Shown here one piece after another: positions 49,172-59,310 of a DNA stretch of 64,000 bases. The stretch spans positions 101,005 to 165,004 of the forward strand of contig JACPTG010000001.1 in assembly GCA_016192905.1 (NCBI GenBank), given 5' to 3'. Numbering within the stretch: the first letter of the stretch is position 1; each line of letters begins with the position of its first letter. The notes under the pieces were generated by a model. It ran no database searches, was not told the origin of the DNA, and saw only the letters and a program-made list of their open reading frames with translations. The translations under genes were made by a program, and so were the position numbers. This stretch comes from Candidatus Woesearchaeota archaeon. Lineage in GTDB: Archaea; Nanobdellota; Nanobdellia; Woesearchaeales; UBA10216.

Positions 49172-49354
49172 ATGAACAAGCTACAACAAATTGTTGCTGC
49201 AATTGTAGGCATACCCCTTACAATTTACATATTGTTTATAACACTTAAGACCCTTAATCAGCAAACCCCTGACTTTACAAGTATTAGTGTTGTGCTATTT
49301 GGAGCTGTTGTAGTAGGGGCAGTATATTTTTTCAGAGAAAAACTATTTCACTAA
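49172..49354 (+). CDS. small two-TM protein
   Basis: Two hydrophobic helices, upstream TATA. Confidence 0.65.
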   Translation: MNKLQQIVAAIVGIPLTIYILFITLKTLNQQTPDFTSISVVLFGAVVVGAVYFFREKLFH

Positions 49355-49431
49355 GCCTTATTTGACTTATCATCGTATAGGTTAGCACAGCAAGGACATT
49401 ATCCAAGCTGAAAATAATAAGAGAAACTCTT

Positions 49432-49860
49432 ATGCGAAAGGGACAAAGACCTTCAAGACACACACGGACTGTTTGGACAAGACAAGGCTGGAAAAGAGTA
49501 TGGGTTAATCCTGAAATAAGAAGACCAATTAACATTAGGCAAACTGCCAGTAATATTGTGACTTCAGCAAGAAAGACATACGATGCCTATACTAAAGCTA
49601 AAGAAATAGTAGATTACACATTACAAGCACAACAATTTTATACTGCTTTCGGTTCTGGTGATGAGGAGCGAATTAAAAATACACTTACTGAGTTTGTAGT
49701 AAATACTACTTTATCACAATATCCTGCTGTAAAAGCAGCAAGGATTTTAGCAGAACTTTTAAGCGACCCTTCCTTTGTAGATGAACTAAGACGAGGGAAC
49801 GTAAACAGATTAGTTCTCCATTACGGACCTAAGATTGGAAGGAAGTTTTTGTCTTACTGA
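49432..49860 (+). CDS. hypothetical protein with basic N-terminus
   Basis: 142-aa ORF. Confidence 0.6.
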   Translation: MRKGQRPSRHTRTVWTRQGWKRVWVNPEIRRPINIRQTASNIVTSARKTYDAYTKAKEIVDYTLQAQQFYTAFGSGDEERIKNTLTEFVVNTTLSQYPAVKAARILAELLSDPSFVDELRRGNVNRLVLHYGPKIGRKFLSY

Positions 49861-49880
49861 TGTCGTGTTTTGTTATATTG

Positions 49881-50291
49881 TCATATCGCTTTCCAATACT
49901 TTAGCTTATATAGTCTTATGAGTGTCTTTGTAATGAAGCCTATTAGCTTCAAATCCTTCTTGTTCAACCCTTTCTTTTGACCTTTTAAAATAGCCGAATA
50001 CCTGATAGCGAACTCTCCTTCTGCTAATGCGCACAAGTCCTCAATTTGCAATATCTCTATAACCCTTCTGACCTCATACTTGTCAGGATAAGTTACCAAA
50101 CCATTTCGATATAGCTCATAGCGCAACTTACATAAGGAATTATGATTATAGTTTTTGCAGGCACAGTTTATTGCCTTACTTATAAGACTGTTTGGGCTCC
50201 TTCTTAAAGCCGAACCTTTATATTTTATAGGATTAGCTGATACTCTGAATTTTCCTAACAGCGTTTTTGGTCCAAGCATCATAAATCTCAT
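49881..50291 (-). CDS. hypothetical protein
   Basis: 136-aa ORF. Confidence 0.5.
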   Translation of the reverse strand: MRFMMLGPKTLLGKFRVSANPIKYKGSALRRSPNSLISKAINCACKNYNHNSLCKLRYELYRNGLVTYPDKYEVRRVIEILQIEDLCALAEGEFAIRYSAILKGQKKGLNKKDLKLIGFITKTLIRLYKLKYWKAI

Positions 50292-50304
50292 TCATCTTTT
50301 GGTC

Positions 50305-51378
50305 TTATCTTGAACGGATATAAGTAAAGTCATATCTTTGTTCACACATGCTTATAAGAGCTTGCGCATCTACCAGACTCCTGCCCCTCAAATTACCAAC
50401 ATGGTTTTTGATGTTTGTTTCATCTAACTGGCCTTTATACCGCTCAGCATATATGGTCAAAACCAAGTTAGGGCTGCAGTGAATGCTATAGCTCTGTAAA
50501 TATGTTAATCCTTCCAGCTTCTTCTTAATCGTTTGTCTGGGTGACGAATACGTTACGTTGTGTTCCTCAAAAGAGACTATTAGAGTTTCAACTATTTTTT
50601 TGGAAACAGTGTCAAAAAGAATGGTCTTATCAAAAATCTTGTTATCCGATGAGGTATGATTCGCTAAAGTGACGTTTTCGCCTTCATTGAAAAATTTGTC
50701 AGCAAAGTAATCGTAAATATCTCCTTCTTTTACTTGTTCAATCAAAGCTTTTTCTCTACTTTCCAAATGACTTGTTAGAACTGCATTGTTATTGGCAACG
50801 AAGTTAAAGAAGTCTTGTGGGTCCTGTAAATAGTTTTCTTCTTTCATTATACTTATGGCCGATACTTCAAATGTTGGGAGTACGTAGAAAAAGTTTTGGT
50901 CAGCATTACTGTAACGAGCTAAAAAAACAGCTCTTTTAGGGTCATAAACATAAAAGTCTATCTCCTCGTTAGAAACATCTGTCCTAGCTAATACGATTTC
51001 TTTGAAGATGACTTTGTTTATATCTGCCTGTACATCGCTTATAGTATAACTCTGAGCTTCCTGTTCAGAACTCTGCTTTTCAGGAATATCAGTTTCCTCA
51101 TCTGCGTCGCAAATTCCATTGCCGTTTTTATCTAAGCAACAAGTTGTTCCTACTTGTATGTACGGTTTGTTACAACCCGAGACCTCTTCTTTTTTCAACT
51201 CATCTTTGTCACATACAGAATTGCTATCTTGGTCTAAACAACAGCCAGTTCCTACAAGAATATAAGGTGCATTACAAACTATTTTGTTTTCTTGTTGCTG
51301 TATTCCAGCACAGCCTGCAATAAGTAGAAAAGTCACAAGCAAAAAAATAATCAGAGTATGTTTAGCGGACTGAGCCAT
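50305..51378 (-). CDS. lipoprotein with two Cys-rich repeats
   Basis: IAGC lipobox; CN.PYI.VGT.CCLD...N..CD twice. Confidence 0.8.
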   Translation of the reverse strand: MAQSAKHTLIIFLLVTFLLIAGCAGIQQQENKIVCNAPYILVGTGCCLDQDSNSVCDKDELKKEEVSGCNKPYIQVGTTCCLDKNGNGICDADEETDIPEKQSSEQEAQSYTISDVQADINKVIFKEIVLARTDVSNEEIDFYVYDPKRAVFLARYSNADQNFFYVLPTFEVSAISIMKEENYLQDPQDFFNFVANNNAVLTSHLESREKALIEQVKEGDIYDYFADKFFNEGENVTLANHTSSDNKIFDKTILFDTVSKKIVETLIVSFEEHNVTYSSPRQTIKKKLEGLTYLQSYSIHCSPNLVLTIYAERYKGQLDETNIKNHVGNLRGRSLVDAQALISMCEQRYDFTYIRSR

Positions 51379-51489
51379 TTCGATGCATCTTTGCAGTGCA
51401 ATATATAAAGATTTTGATTAAACTTTGGTTGATATTTAGTTGATAACTCCGTCACTTCTTTCATAAATCTGAGTTGATAAGTAGTTGAT

Positions 51490-51774
51490 ATGCGTAAGGC
51501 AGACTGGGCTCTAATCGGGTATATCAAAAGGAGCAAGAATAGGTATAGGGCTCTCGAGTTTTTGGAAACCCCATTAATACCATCAGAACTCGGTAAGAAG
51601 ATGGAAATAAGCCTAACTCACGCAAGCAAGATAATAAGGGAGCTTAATGAGAAAAAGCTTATTTCTTGCCTGAACGAAGACCTAAAAGTAGGAAGAATTT
51701 ACCAGATAACTAAACAAGGAAAGCGCATCAAAAAGAATCTTTTGAATTTGACAAAAATTTCAGACAAGCGGTAG
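51490..51774 (+). CDS. winged-helix transcriptional regulator
   Basis: PSEL..SLTHASK..EL..LI.CLN..GRIYQITKQG. Confidence 0.88.
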   Translation: MRKADWALIGYIKRSKNRYRALEFLETPLIPSELGKKMEISLTHASKIIRELNEKKLISCLNEDLKVGRIYQITKQGKRIKKNLLNLTKISDKR

Positions 51775-51891
51775 CTTCCTTTATCCATGCCCTAAAATTC
51801 CACCACTACCCCGTCTATTATTTCACAAAACAGATTTTCAATCGCCACAATATTTTTATATAGAAGGGTATTATCGGTATGTAGGGATAAG

Positions 51892-52053
51892 ATGGTATCT
51901 AAAAAGAAGGTAACAATAAAATGCCCAGATTGCCTACGAGAAGTATCTGGTTTTAGCGATAGACACTTAGAGATTAACTTATTAATCCATAAAAAAACAT
52001 CAATTAAGCATCAAGAGACAATGAAAGTATTGAAAGAGAAAGGATTGAAATAA
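51892..52053 (+). CDS. small zinc-finger protein
   Basis: Hand translation CPDC..GFS..NLLIH..H. Confidence 0.55.
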   Translation: MVSKKKVTIKCPDCLREVSGFSDRHLEINLLIHKKTSIKHQETMKVLKEKGLK

Positions 52054-52169
52054 AATGAGCAGAGGGCCGAAGCCCTAAGCTCAGGACCCGAAAACCTTGC
52101 GAGTAATCAAGTCCAGAGTACGCTATTTCTCTGGGCTATAAAAAGCTTAACATAACGGAGGTTAGAAAA

Positions 52170-52970
52170 ATGATAGTGCGAACCTATGAGAAGTTAGGCG
52201 TCTTTATAGACAGATGGGTAGCAGGAGCCATAGACCTGCTAATCATAGAAAGCCCAGCAGGACTGGGGAAAAGCACCCTGGTAAGCCAGAAGCTCAAAGG
52301 AGTGCCACATCTGGCAGTGAACAGCCACATAACACCTTTAGAATGTCATAAGCGCCTTTACGAGTATAAGGATGAGCTGGTATGGTTTGATGATGTTTCC
52401 CTGCTCCTGAGCAACAGGATACAGGTGTCTATTCTCAAGCAGGTAGCAGAAACGCAGCCAGTGAAAACCATATGTTACTACACAACATCTGAGCTTCTGG
52501 AAGACGTGCCTATGAAGTTTAGAACCAGCAGCAGAGTGCTTATAAGCTGCAACTCCATAGAAGCCAGCAACCAGCATATCGAGGCCATAAAGGACAGAGG
52601 CTTCTTTATCAGGTTCCTACCCAGAAGGCAAGAGGTAATAAGCAAGCTAAGGGAGATTGCGGAGTCCTATAGCTACCTGGAAAGTGAAGAGAAGGCAGAA
52701 GTATTGCAGCTTATCCTGGCCAGTGCTCATCACTGCAAGAATCTGACACTGAGGACGTTGGTAAAGGGCTTCCAGCTATACCAGTATTACAAGCTTACAG
52801 GCATAGACTGGAAGACAGACCTGTTGGCAGAGATGGGTATAGATGACAAGCTCATAACATTAAACGAACTTCTTACTAAACACGGTAACGACATAGAAAG
52901 GCTGAAGGAATGGCAGTGGAGCAGGCAGACCTATTACAGCTACAAGAAGCTGCTCTTACAGGAAGTATAA
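52170..52970 (+). CDS. P-loop ATPase with possible C-terminal HTH
   Basis: SPAGLGKS, WFDD, SCN, DR; SRQTYY. Confidence 0.8.
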   Translation: MIVRTYEKLGVFIDRWVAGAIDLLIIESPAGLGKSTLVSQKLKGVPHLAVNSHITPLECHKRLYEYKDELVWFDDVSLLLSNRIQVSILKQVAETQPVKTICYYTTSELLEDVPMKFRTSSRVLISCNSIEASNQHIEAIKDRGFFIRFLPRRQEVISKLREIAESYSYLESEEKAEVLQLILASAHHCKNLTLRTLVKGFQLYQYYKLTGIDWKTDLLAEMGIDDKLITLNELLTKHGNDIERLKEWQWSRQTYYSYKKLLLQEV

Positions 52971-54672
52971 AAGTATGGTTGTTTTGACACGGGGCATACT
53001 TTTGGACTCGTATAGTAAGCATCACATGTTTATTCGTGATTGTTTGGTTACCACTAAATTGGTACGTATCGGCTATATTCTCTGTTTGTATAGCTTTTGA
53101 TGATGCGCAGATTTGGCAGTGAGGCTTTCTTTGCATATCAGCATAATTACAGGGGGATTCCCCGCATACAATGCATTTGAGGAAGGTTGTATCTGTCCGC
53201 AAGAAATTTTTCAGAGGAACATTCTCTTTCTTTGTAACTGACGTAACCTTCGTAACCAATGTAACCGCTTCTTCCTGCTCGGAACGAGGCAAGTATCGGT
53301 GTATCAATGTGATGAGCTTATCCTTGCCAAGTTCGATTATGCGCTTGGTTTTTCCAGATACCTTTGTTGAGATAGTCTTCAAGCCCAATATCTTCAAGGT
53401 TCTTCCTATGATTCTACTGTCTTGTGGCTTTCCCTTGTGCGAAGGCATTTTGTTGGCAATGTCAGCAGAAGATAGGGTTACATCAGTTACGTCAGTTTCA
53501 TTGGTTACGTAGTCTTCTATGCACTCTATCAACCCTAAGATTACCTGTCCCTCAAAGCTTGCAGACCTTACTTCCAGAATCTCTTCTTGCGTCTGTTCCA
53601 TTATTTTTTTGAACTCTGCGAGAACATCAGGGAAGTTGACAAATATAACTGCAAAACTTGCAGCAACCTGTTTCAATCTTGGCTCAATATCCCCGAAGTC
53701 AACACCAAGAACCGAATCCGTGTCTATTAAATGCCTGTATTTAAACCTAAACATCAACAGCTTATTTCTAATCCGCTGCTGCTCCTCAAAACATTCATTC
53801 GGAAGCAATGGGGGAATGTCTTTTCGCTTAGTTTCGGCCATTATTTCTGTAATGCATCTTGCCTCCAAAGCAGCGTCATCAAACCTTCTTCTTGTAGCAA
53901 ATATCTTTGGGCAAAATACCTCTAAAGCTTGAATAGCATCTGGATTATCTTTAGTAGCTCTGAGAACTGGCTTTCCACGCTCAAAGCCTGCATTGAGAAT
54001 CTTTATGACCTCATTCCTCTCATCAGACTGCTTAATGTCAGCTTCCTCCAGAATCAAAGTTCCACCCCAACGGCTAATCATCCTGTAAATTGGAGCAGGG
54101 GTTATGCACGCCGTCGCAAGCATGGGCTTGTAGCAAATCCTGCCTATTATATCCACGCATCTTGACTTGCCCGTGCCCGTATCCCCTAAGAACCTCAAGT
54201 ACGGAATGGTATTTAACTTATCACTCACGGCGCCGAGTAGGACATACCACTTGGCGTATTTCATAAACTCAGGTCGCAAATCGCAATACTTCTGTATGTA
54301 AGCTTCTATTTCATTCAAAAGCTCTTCAACGGTGCCGAAGGGTTCTGCTTCTGTTGGAAGCAATATTGCCTGTTTTTCCACAAGTTCATCTCTTATAGGG
54401 TCAATTCTTATGTTTTCGAAAGTGTCTAACTCAGCACCTATTATAAAGTCCACATAGTCTACATTATCTGTAGATTTATTATAACGAGCAAAACCAAGGC
54501 CTAATTTAGGGTGTTTAACCTGTTCATAAAGAAAGTCGGTACCTTCAAAGAAACTCCTGGTTATTACGGTTGGTTTATCTTCGGCGCTGCCAATTGTCTT
54601 ATCTCCATGCTTTCTATTTAGCTTCCCCTTTTCTTTTTCCAATGATTCCATTATGGTTACAGAGTTATTCAT
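52876..54672 (-). CDS. replication ATPase/helicase-like (DUF3631-like) protein
   Basis: PYLRFLGDTGTGKSR, TLILEEAD, LNAGFERG, FCPK; C-terminal zinc finger. Confidence 0.75.
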   Translation of the reverse strand: MNNSVTIMESLEKEKGKLNRKHGDKTIGSAEDKPTVITRSFFEGTDFLYEQVKHPKLGLGFARYNKSTDNVDYVDFIIGAELDTFENIRIDPIRDELVEKQAILLPTEAEPFGTVEELLNEIEAYIQKYCDLRPEFMKYAKWYVLLGAVSDKLNTIPYLRFLGDTGTGKSRCVDIIGRICYKPMLATACITPAPIYRMISRWGGTLILEEADIKQSDERNEVIKILNAGFERGKPVLRATKDNPDAIQALEVFCPKIFATRRRFDDAALEARCITEIMAETKRKDIPPLLPNECFEEQQRIRNKLLMFRFKYRHLIDTDSVLGVDFGDIEPRLKQVAASFAVIFVNFPDVLAEFKKIMEQTQEEILEVRSASFEGQVILGLIECIEDYVTNETDVTDVTLSSADIANKMPSHKGKPQDSRIIGRTLKILGLKTISTKVSGKTKRIIELGKDKLITLIHRYLPRSEQEEAVTLVTKVTSVTKKENVPLKNFLRTDTTFLKCIVCGESPCNYADMQRKPHCQICASSKAIQTENIADTYQFSGNQTITNKHVMLTIRVQKYAPCQNNHTFILPVRAASCSCNRSACSTAIPSAFLCRYRV

Positions 54673-55240
54673 CTTTATCACCTTCATTCGTGTACTCAAG
54701 CCTCTTATGAATCCCCGTTTTCCAGTGAGGGGCGCCTTCAAGCGCAATCATGGTTTTGTCGCTGCTTTTTAGGACATCGCAGCCAAAGTATTCTATAAAC
54801 TGCTTCCTGACCTGTTGCCTCCTGGATACAGACATAAGGGGGAAATCCCTAAATATGGCGTTGAAATGATAGCCCCTACTGCCAGTAAGGTATGCTTCAA
54901 ACTCAAGACCACGGCTAAGAAGCTTATCCTTAACCTCTTCGTAACGCTCTGGGGCTTCCAAGTCCAAAATCAGTTCAGCTTCGTGAATAGAGCGGTTGTT
55001 TGCCAGCTCTATGAACTTCCAGACCGGCACGGAAGTTTTCTTATAAAGAGGAACATGGTCGGTTAGATTAAGGTGCCAGAGTTCCATAACTGAATGTCTT
55101 TCGCTCCAAATTGAACTGCCGTCCTCAAGCTTCTTGGCGTAAGCCAGGTTGTAGTCACCAAACCGATTGCAGGAATCTTGTAACCCGCCCCATTTTTGAC
55201 TTACATACCTCAGCGTTACCCTTGAATATTGCGTCAGCAT
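54665..55240 (-). CDS. AEP primase/polymerase-like catalytic domain
   Basis: E..LDLE, TGSRGYH, D..K, HWKTG. Confidence 0.78.
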   Translation of the reverse strand: MLTQYSRVTLRYVSQKWGGLQDSCNRFGDYNLAYAKKLEDGSSIWSERHSVMELWHLNLTDHVPLYKKTSVPVWKFIELANNRSIHEAELILDLEAPERYEEVKDKLLSRGLEFEAYLTGSRGYHFNAIFRDFPLMSVSRRQQVRKQFIEYFGCDVLKSSDKTMIALEGAPHWKTGIHKRLEYTNEGDKDE

Positions 55241-55241
55241 G

Positions 55242-55370
55242 TCACATCTCCTTTGCCTTTAATTTCTCTCTTAGTAATTCGGATAGGGTAATCCCGTTTT
55301 CATTGGCTTCAAATTCCAACTGTTGTAACACGGCACGTTCTACCCTGAAGTTTATTCGTATTTTAGCCAT
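55242..55370 (-). CDS. small RHH protein
   Basis: Hand translation MAKIRINFRV..GITLSELLREKL. Confidence 0.65.
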   Translation of the reverse strand: MAKIRINFRVERAVLQQLEFEANENGITLSELLREKLKAKEM

Positions 55371-55506
55371 CGTCGTATAAACTATTTAAACCAAAGAAGA
55401 AACAGCAACTTGTTCCACCTGCTGTTTCTTTCTTTTTTATTCTTCTAACTCTGAAAAATAAAACGCCCTTACAATTTGAAGCTCCTTAGGGAGTTGCTTT
55501 TCAAGT

Positions 55507-55680
55507 TCAGGGGTTAACCGCTTCAATCTCGTCATCTCCAAAGGGCATAATTTTCAATCCGCCTTCTACCTCCTCAATTATAACTGACTTACCTGGTCCC
55601 AAGTTGTTATCTTTGACCCACTTAGCGGGTAGGCAAACAAAACTGCTGTATGCGTGGTTGGATTGTAGTTTTCGTTTCAT
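55507..55680 (-). CDS. AbrB-like protein
   Basis: Hand translation MKRKLQ..SSFVCLPAKWVKDNNL..G..V. Confidence 0.7.
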   Translation of the reverse strand: MKRKLQSNHAYSSFVCLPAKWVKDNNLGPGKSVIIEEVEGGLKIMPFGDDEIEAVNP

Positions 55681-55786
55681 ACTAAACTTGTATCTAATCA
55701 GAATATTTAGTTATTTATATACAAAAGTAACTTCTCCGTATTATTTTTGCAAAGATTTTTATATTGCCCTAGTGTTAATTCTAATT

Positions 55787-56743
55787 ATGCTTCACCTGGC
55801 AAAACTTGAACTTAAAGTAGTAACCCGCTTACTGGATAATTTCGAGCCGCCAGTGTTAAGTGAGGAAGGGCAAGGGAAAAAAAGGAAAAGGGACAAGAGA
55901 ATTCAGCAAAAAAAGGTGAATGAACAACTTTACAAAGAAGGTTGGCGTTTGGCCAAAGAAATTTATTCAGAGATTAAAGATTTCCGCAGAGAGTGGCTCC
56001 CAGAAATGTCAAAACGGTTGAAAGCAAAAGGTCTGCTGGAAACGAAAAAAGTAGAAGCCATAGACGCATATGGTAGAAAATCCCACCCAAAGGCAACAAG
56101 ACTTAGCCCCTCCAGAGTTGCCTTAAGGAGCTTACTGCTTTTCTTTGCCGATAAAAATGACACAAAGTTTTTCTATTCGGATTACTATAGAAGAACACGG
56201 AGTTTTGTTTATCCAGAATACATTCACTTTTATAAAACATTGACAGGAGGCGAAAGGTCAAAAATCTTAACAACCATTGAGCCAATTAATGGTGAAATGG
56301 TTGCTGTATGGTATCCTTACTTATTTAAACTTTACTTAATAGACAAAAGAAAATTCGACAATATTGTAAGTGACGTAAATTATGTGTTTCAAAAAGCAGG
56401 AATTCCTACAGCTGAACACGTTCGAGATTCTTTCTTAAAAATCGAGCTACTCGTATTTGCATCGCTTTTGACAAAATTAATTGAATTTTCTGACAAAGAG
56501 CATCAGGATAAGTCAAGTGTGAAAATTAAGGAAGAAATTGAAAGCTCCCTTTTGGCCAGGCTGGGAAATATAACTATTGGTTTCATTTATCCTGAAAGAG
56601 TTAATAAGGACAGGAGAATGTTTTCAACTATTTCAGAACTATTAAGGCAGATAGCCAAGGATGACCCCGAGTTGCGCACCAGATTGGGGCAATATGCCTC
56701 CAAGAGATTAAAACAAAAGGAAGGAGGTAAAGACAAGAAATAG
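55787..56743 (+). CDS. putative wHTH regulator of the island
   Basis: N-terminal ..KRLKAKGLLE wing; divergent from the AbrB/primase operon. Confidence 0.55.
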   Translation: MLHLAKLELKVVTRLLDNFEPPVLSEEGQGKKRKRDKRIQQKKVNEQLYKEGWRLAKEIYSEIKDFRREWLPEMSKRLKAKGLLETKKVEAIDAYGRKSHPKATRLSPSRVALRSLLLFFADKNDTKFFYSDYYRRTRSFVYPEYIHFYKTLTGGERSKILTTIEPINGEMVAVWYPYLFKLYLIDKRKFDNIVSDVNYVFQKAGIPTAEHVRDSFLKIELLVFASLLTKLIEFSDKEHQDKSSVKIKEEIESSLLARLGNITIGFIYPERVNKDRRMFSTISELLRQIAKDDPELRTRLGQYASKRLKQKEGGKDKK

Positions 56744-57078
56744 CTGATGGCTTACGCCATAACGTGCCTAATCCTGGGCCTGGCGCCTTATTTTTTCTTA
56801 CGATTTGGATTTTTTCAGTAACAAATTAGTGAAAAAGATTTACCATTCAGAAAGTAACCAAAAATCTCCAAATCATTTATTGGGCGGTTTCTTTTAGAGT
56901 TTTTTGATGCTGACCAGAGGCTTTTTATGTGCAATTCGGGAGAAGGACTAGTATTGGGTTGCCGGGCTGCATAGCAAGGTTTCACTCGTTCAACCCTCCT
57001 TGTAAAATTTTTTATAACCAACAAGTAGCAAAAAAAAGAAAATAATTAAATAGGGGTTTTAATTCACATACACATATA

Positions 57079-57807
57079 ATGGCAAACTTACAACAAGCAT
57101 TGATTGACTATTTTGCATCCCTAAATTTAGCCAGAGAACTGCCAGTCGAGAAGCTTTTAGCCGCAGCGGACAATACCCGGTTGAGGGACAGTCTTCAACA
57201 GTTCCCTAATGGAATACGTGACCAGTGGGGAGAGGATTTGTACTCCAATATGAGATATGCTGGGCCACACGGACTAACGATAATCTTTATCGGAAATGGA
57301 CATATCCCATATTTCTTCCATAAACTGGAAAGTAGTGGATTTGCAAATTATCTGATAAGCTCAACTGATTCTCATAGTGTGGCGCAGATTGCAGAAGACC
57401 AAAACGGCTTAATGTATATCCTGGAAACTTTGCGTAAATATGGCATTCAACCTGTTGCTGATGGATGCCCCTTGTTAGTTGTTGGTGATACTCATGGGAT
57501 GAGTTATGACACTCCTTTCCCGGATGCCGAAAAATTAAGAAATTTTGGAGTTGAAGCGGCCGTCATAAATTTGGAGGCTGTTCAAAACGGAATTGAACCT
57601 TCCACTGGCTTTTGGGGGCTGAAAAATGTTATTGAATTTTCAAGAACACTCTCAGCATCAGAAATAAAAACTATTCTAAATGGACTTGAACCACCGGATA
57701 GGCAGTTTCCTTTAGGGAGTATTCTCAAAACCATAGATTATACTCCCTCAAAGCTGTCTGGTCCGAAGCTCTATATTCCGGGAAATCAAAATGTTGGACC
57801 CAGATGA
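57079..57807 (+). CDS. hypothetical protein
   Basis: 242-aa ORF, VGDTHG motif. Confidence 0.65.
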   Translation: MANLQQALIDYFASLNLARELPVEKLLAAADNTRLRDSLQQFPNGIRDQWGEDLYSNMRYAGPHGLTIIFIGNGHIPYFFHKLESSGFANYLISSTDSHSVAQIAEDQNGLMYILETLRKYGIQPVADGCPLLVVGDTHGMSYDTPFPDAEKLRNFGVEAAVINLEAVQNGIEPSTGFWGLKNVIEFSRTLSASEIKTILNGLEPPDRQFPLGSILKTIDYTPSKLSGPKLYIPGNQNVGPR

Positions 57808-58897
57808 TTGTTTAATGGGGGCTGCCCTTAAAGGTAATAGAGCAGCCAGCCCATGTGTTAGATTGGCTTTGTCAACCGCTCATTTTGCAACTGAAATATA
57901 TAGGCAGGCCACTGGCAACCTTCTTTTTGATCCTTTATCATATGCTGAGACACTTTTTCCCGAAAAACCTATTTATGTGGAATTTTTCAAACACAACGCG
58001 CATATTGCAGTGCAGTTCCAGAGAGCCACAGATATAACAAGGATCATTTCGTCCAGTATATATTACCTTGAAGGGACAGAATTTGAGGAATCAAATAAAA
58101 GTGCCTTTGCTGAAAAGCTCATGGGAAAAATTCCCCCTGGAAAAGATTTTTACCTTGTTTTCTATCCAAATTTCGGATTTAGCTTTGTCATTCCATATGA
58201 TAACTCTGAAATGGCGGATTACTTTGGTTTGGAAGGAAAGTGCAGTGGATTGTCACTCTCAACAAAAAGGCCATTTGATGACTATGCTCACTTTTATAAG
58301 ACTGAAGATTTAAGTGAAGTCGGAAGAAGATTGGTCCACGAAACATTCCCTTTATCAACATTGCGCGAGGAACTTAGAAGTGGAAGTCAATTGTCCTCTC
58401 TTTTGTCATACGCAACAATAATGAAAAGTCCAGAGATTAAAGATGGTTCTCCGACAATAGTCGAAATGATTGCTGCTCACGAAAGGGCTCATCTTGTTTC
58501 CTCCTGGATTTCATACAGTACGGGGCCTCCTCATTTTGTTTCCGGGGGGCCAAATTATGAATCAAACAGACTTGAGGAATTTTTTTGTGACCTTTTGGCC
58601 ATACAGCACTATTCATCCTTGTATAAAGCCACAATGGAAGATGCCAAAAGGCTTTTTAATCATGCAAAAGATTATCAAATTGATAGATTTTCTCCAGGAA
58701 AACCTGATGAACTTCCAGGGATTCTTGATCAGATTACCGTCATGGCTCTAGCCGGAAAAGTTCCACTTGATTTTCTTGCCTTTGCCACAAGAGGCGTTTA
58801 TTGGCTTGCGCCATATATGATTGAAGAAATTGAAGCATTCCTTGAAACTAATAGTTTTAGGCATCCTGGCCAGGGCATTTTAAGTCTAGCGCCATAA
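57791..58897 (+). CDS. HExxH metallopeptidase-like protein
   Basis: IAAHERAHL followed by EEFFCD. Confidence 0.6.
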   Translation: MLDPDDCLMGAALKGNRAASPCVRLALSTAHFATEIYRQATGNLLFDPLSYAETLFPEKPIYVEFFKHNAHIAVQFQRATDITRIISSSIYYLEGTEFEESNKSAFAEKLMGKIPPGKDFYLVFYPNFGFSFVIPYDNSEMADYFGLEGKCSGLSLSTKRPFDDYAHFYKTEDLSEVGRRLVHETFPLSTLREELRSGSQLSSLLSYATIMKSPEIKDGSPTIVEMIAAHERAHLVSSWISYSTGPPHFVSGGPNYESNRLEEFFCDLLAIQHYSSLYKATMEDAKRLFNHAKDYQIDRFSPGKPDELPGILDQITVMALAGKVPLDFLAFATRGVYWLAPYMIEEIEAFLETNSFRHPGQGILSLAP

Positions 58898-58911
58898 TCG
58901 GAGATTTTTCC

Positions 58912-59310
58912 CTAATCCTGGGCCCGGCGCTGCTGCGACGTGCCTATGCAATCCTCGCAGATTCCCTCTATCTCCAACTGGAAATGGCACACCGAGCCCC
59001 TGATTTTCCTCTGGATGAAGTCCACTGAATCAAGCCTGATGCTGGAAACCAGGCCGCATTCCTGGCACTTGAAATGGCAGTGCGTCTTGTTGCTTACTGA
59101 AAAGAGCATCCTGTTCTCGCAGCTGTAAGCGTGGATCAGGTTTTTCCTGCGGGAATCGTTAAGGAACCTGTAGACAGTGGCCATTCCAATGCCTTTATCC
59201 TTTTTCCTGGCAGAATGGAACAGCTCTTCTGCCCTGAAGAAGGTTGTGAATTTTTCAGCCTCGTTCTGAAGGAGGCGCTTTTGCCTGGTTTTCCTCGAAA
59301 GCTTCCCCAT
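58912..59310 (-). CDS. Fur/Zur family regulator
   Basis: TRQK, IGMATVYRFL, HCHFKCQECG, GICEDC. Confidence 0.93.
   Translation of the reverse strand: MGKLSRKTRQKRLLQNEAEKFTTFFRAEELFHSARKKDKGIGMATVYRFLNDSRRKNLIHAYSCENRMLFSVSNKTHCHFKCQECGLVSSIRLDSVDFIQRKIRGSVCHFQLEIEGICEDCIGTSQQRRAQD

Larger units (their letters stand above)
47176..56785. mobile_element. ~9.6-kb integrative element at tRNA-Ser(CGA)
   Basis: Direct repeat AATCCTGGGCCTGGCG at 47176-47191 and 56770-56785; integrase, primase, ATPases; visibly AT-richer. Confidence 0.92.
56786..58930. mobile_element. second tandem island remnant
   Basis: Third att copy CCTAATCCTGGGCCCGGCGC at 58911-58930 (one mismatch to 56767-56786); AT-rich cargo. 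Confidence 0.75.
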
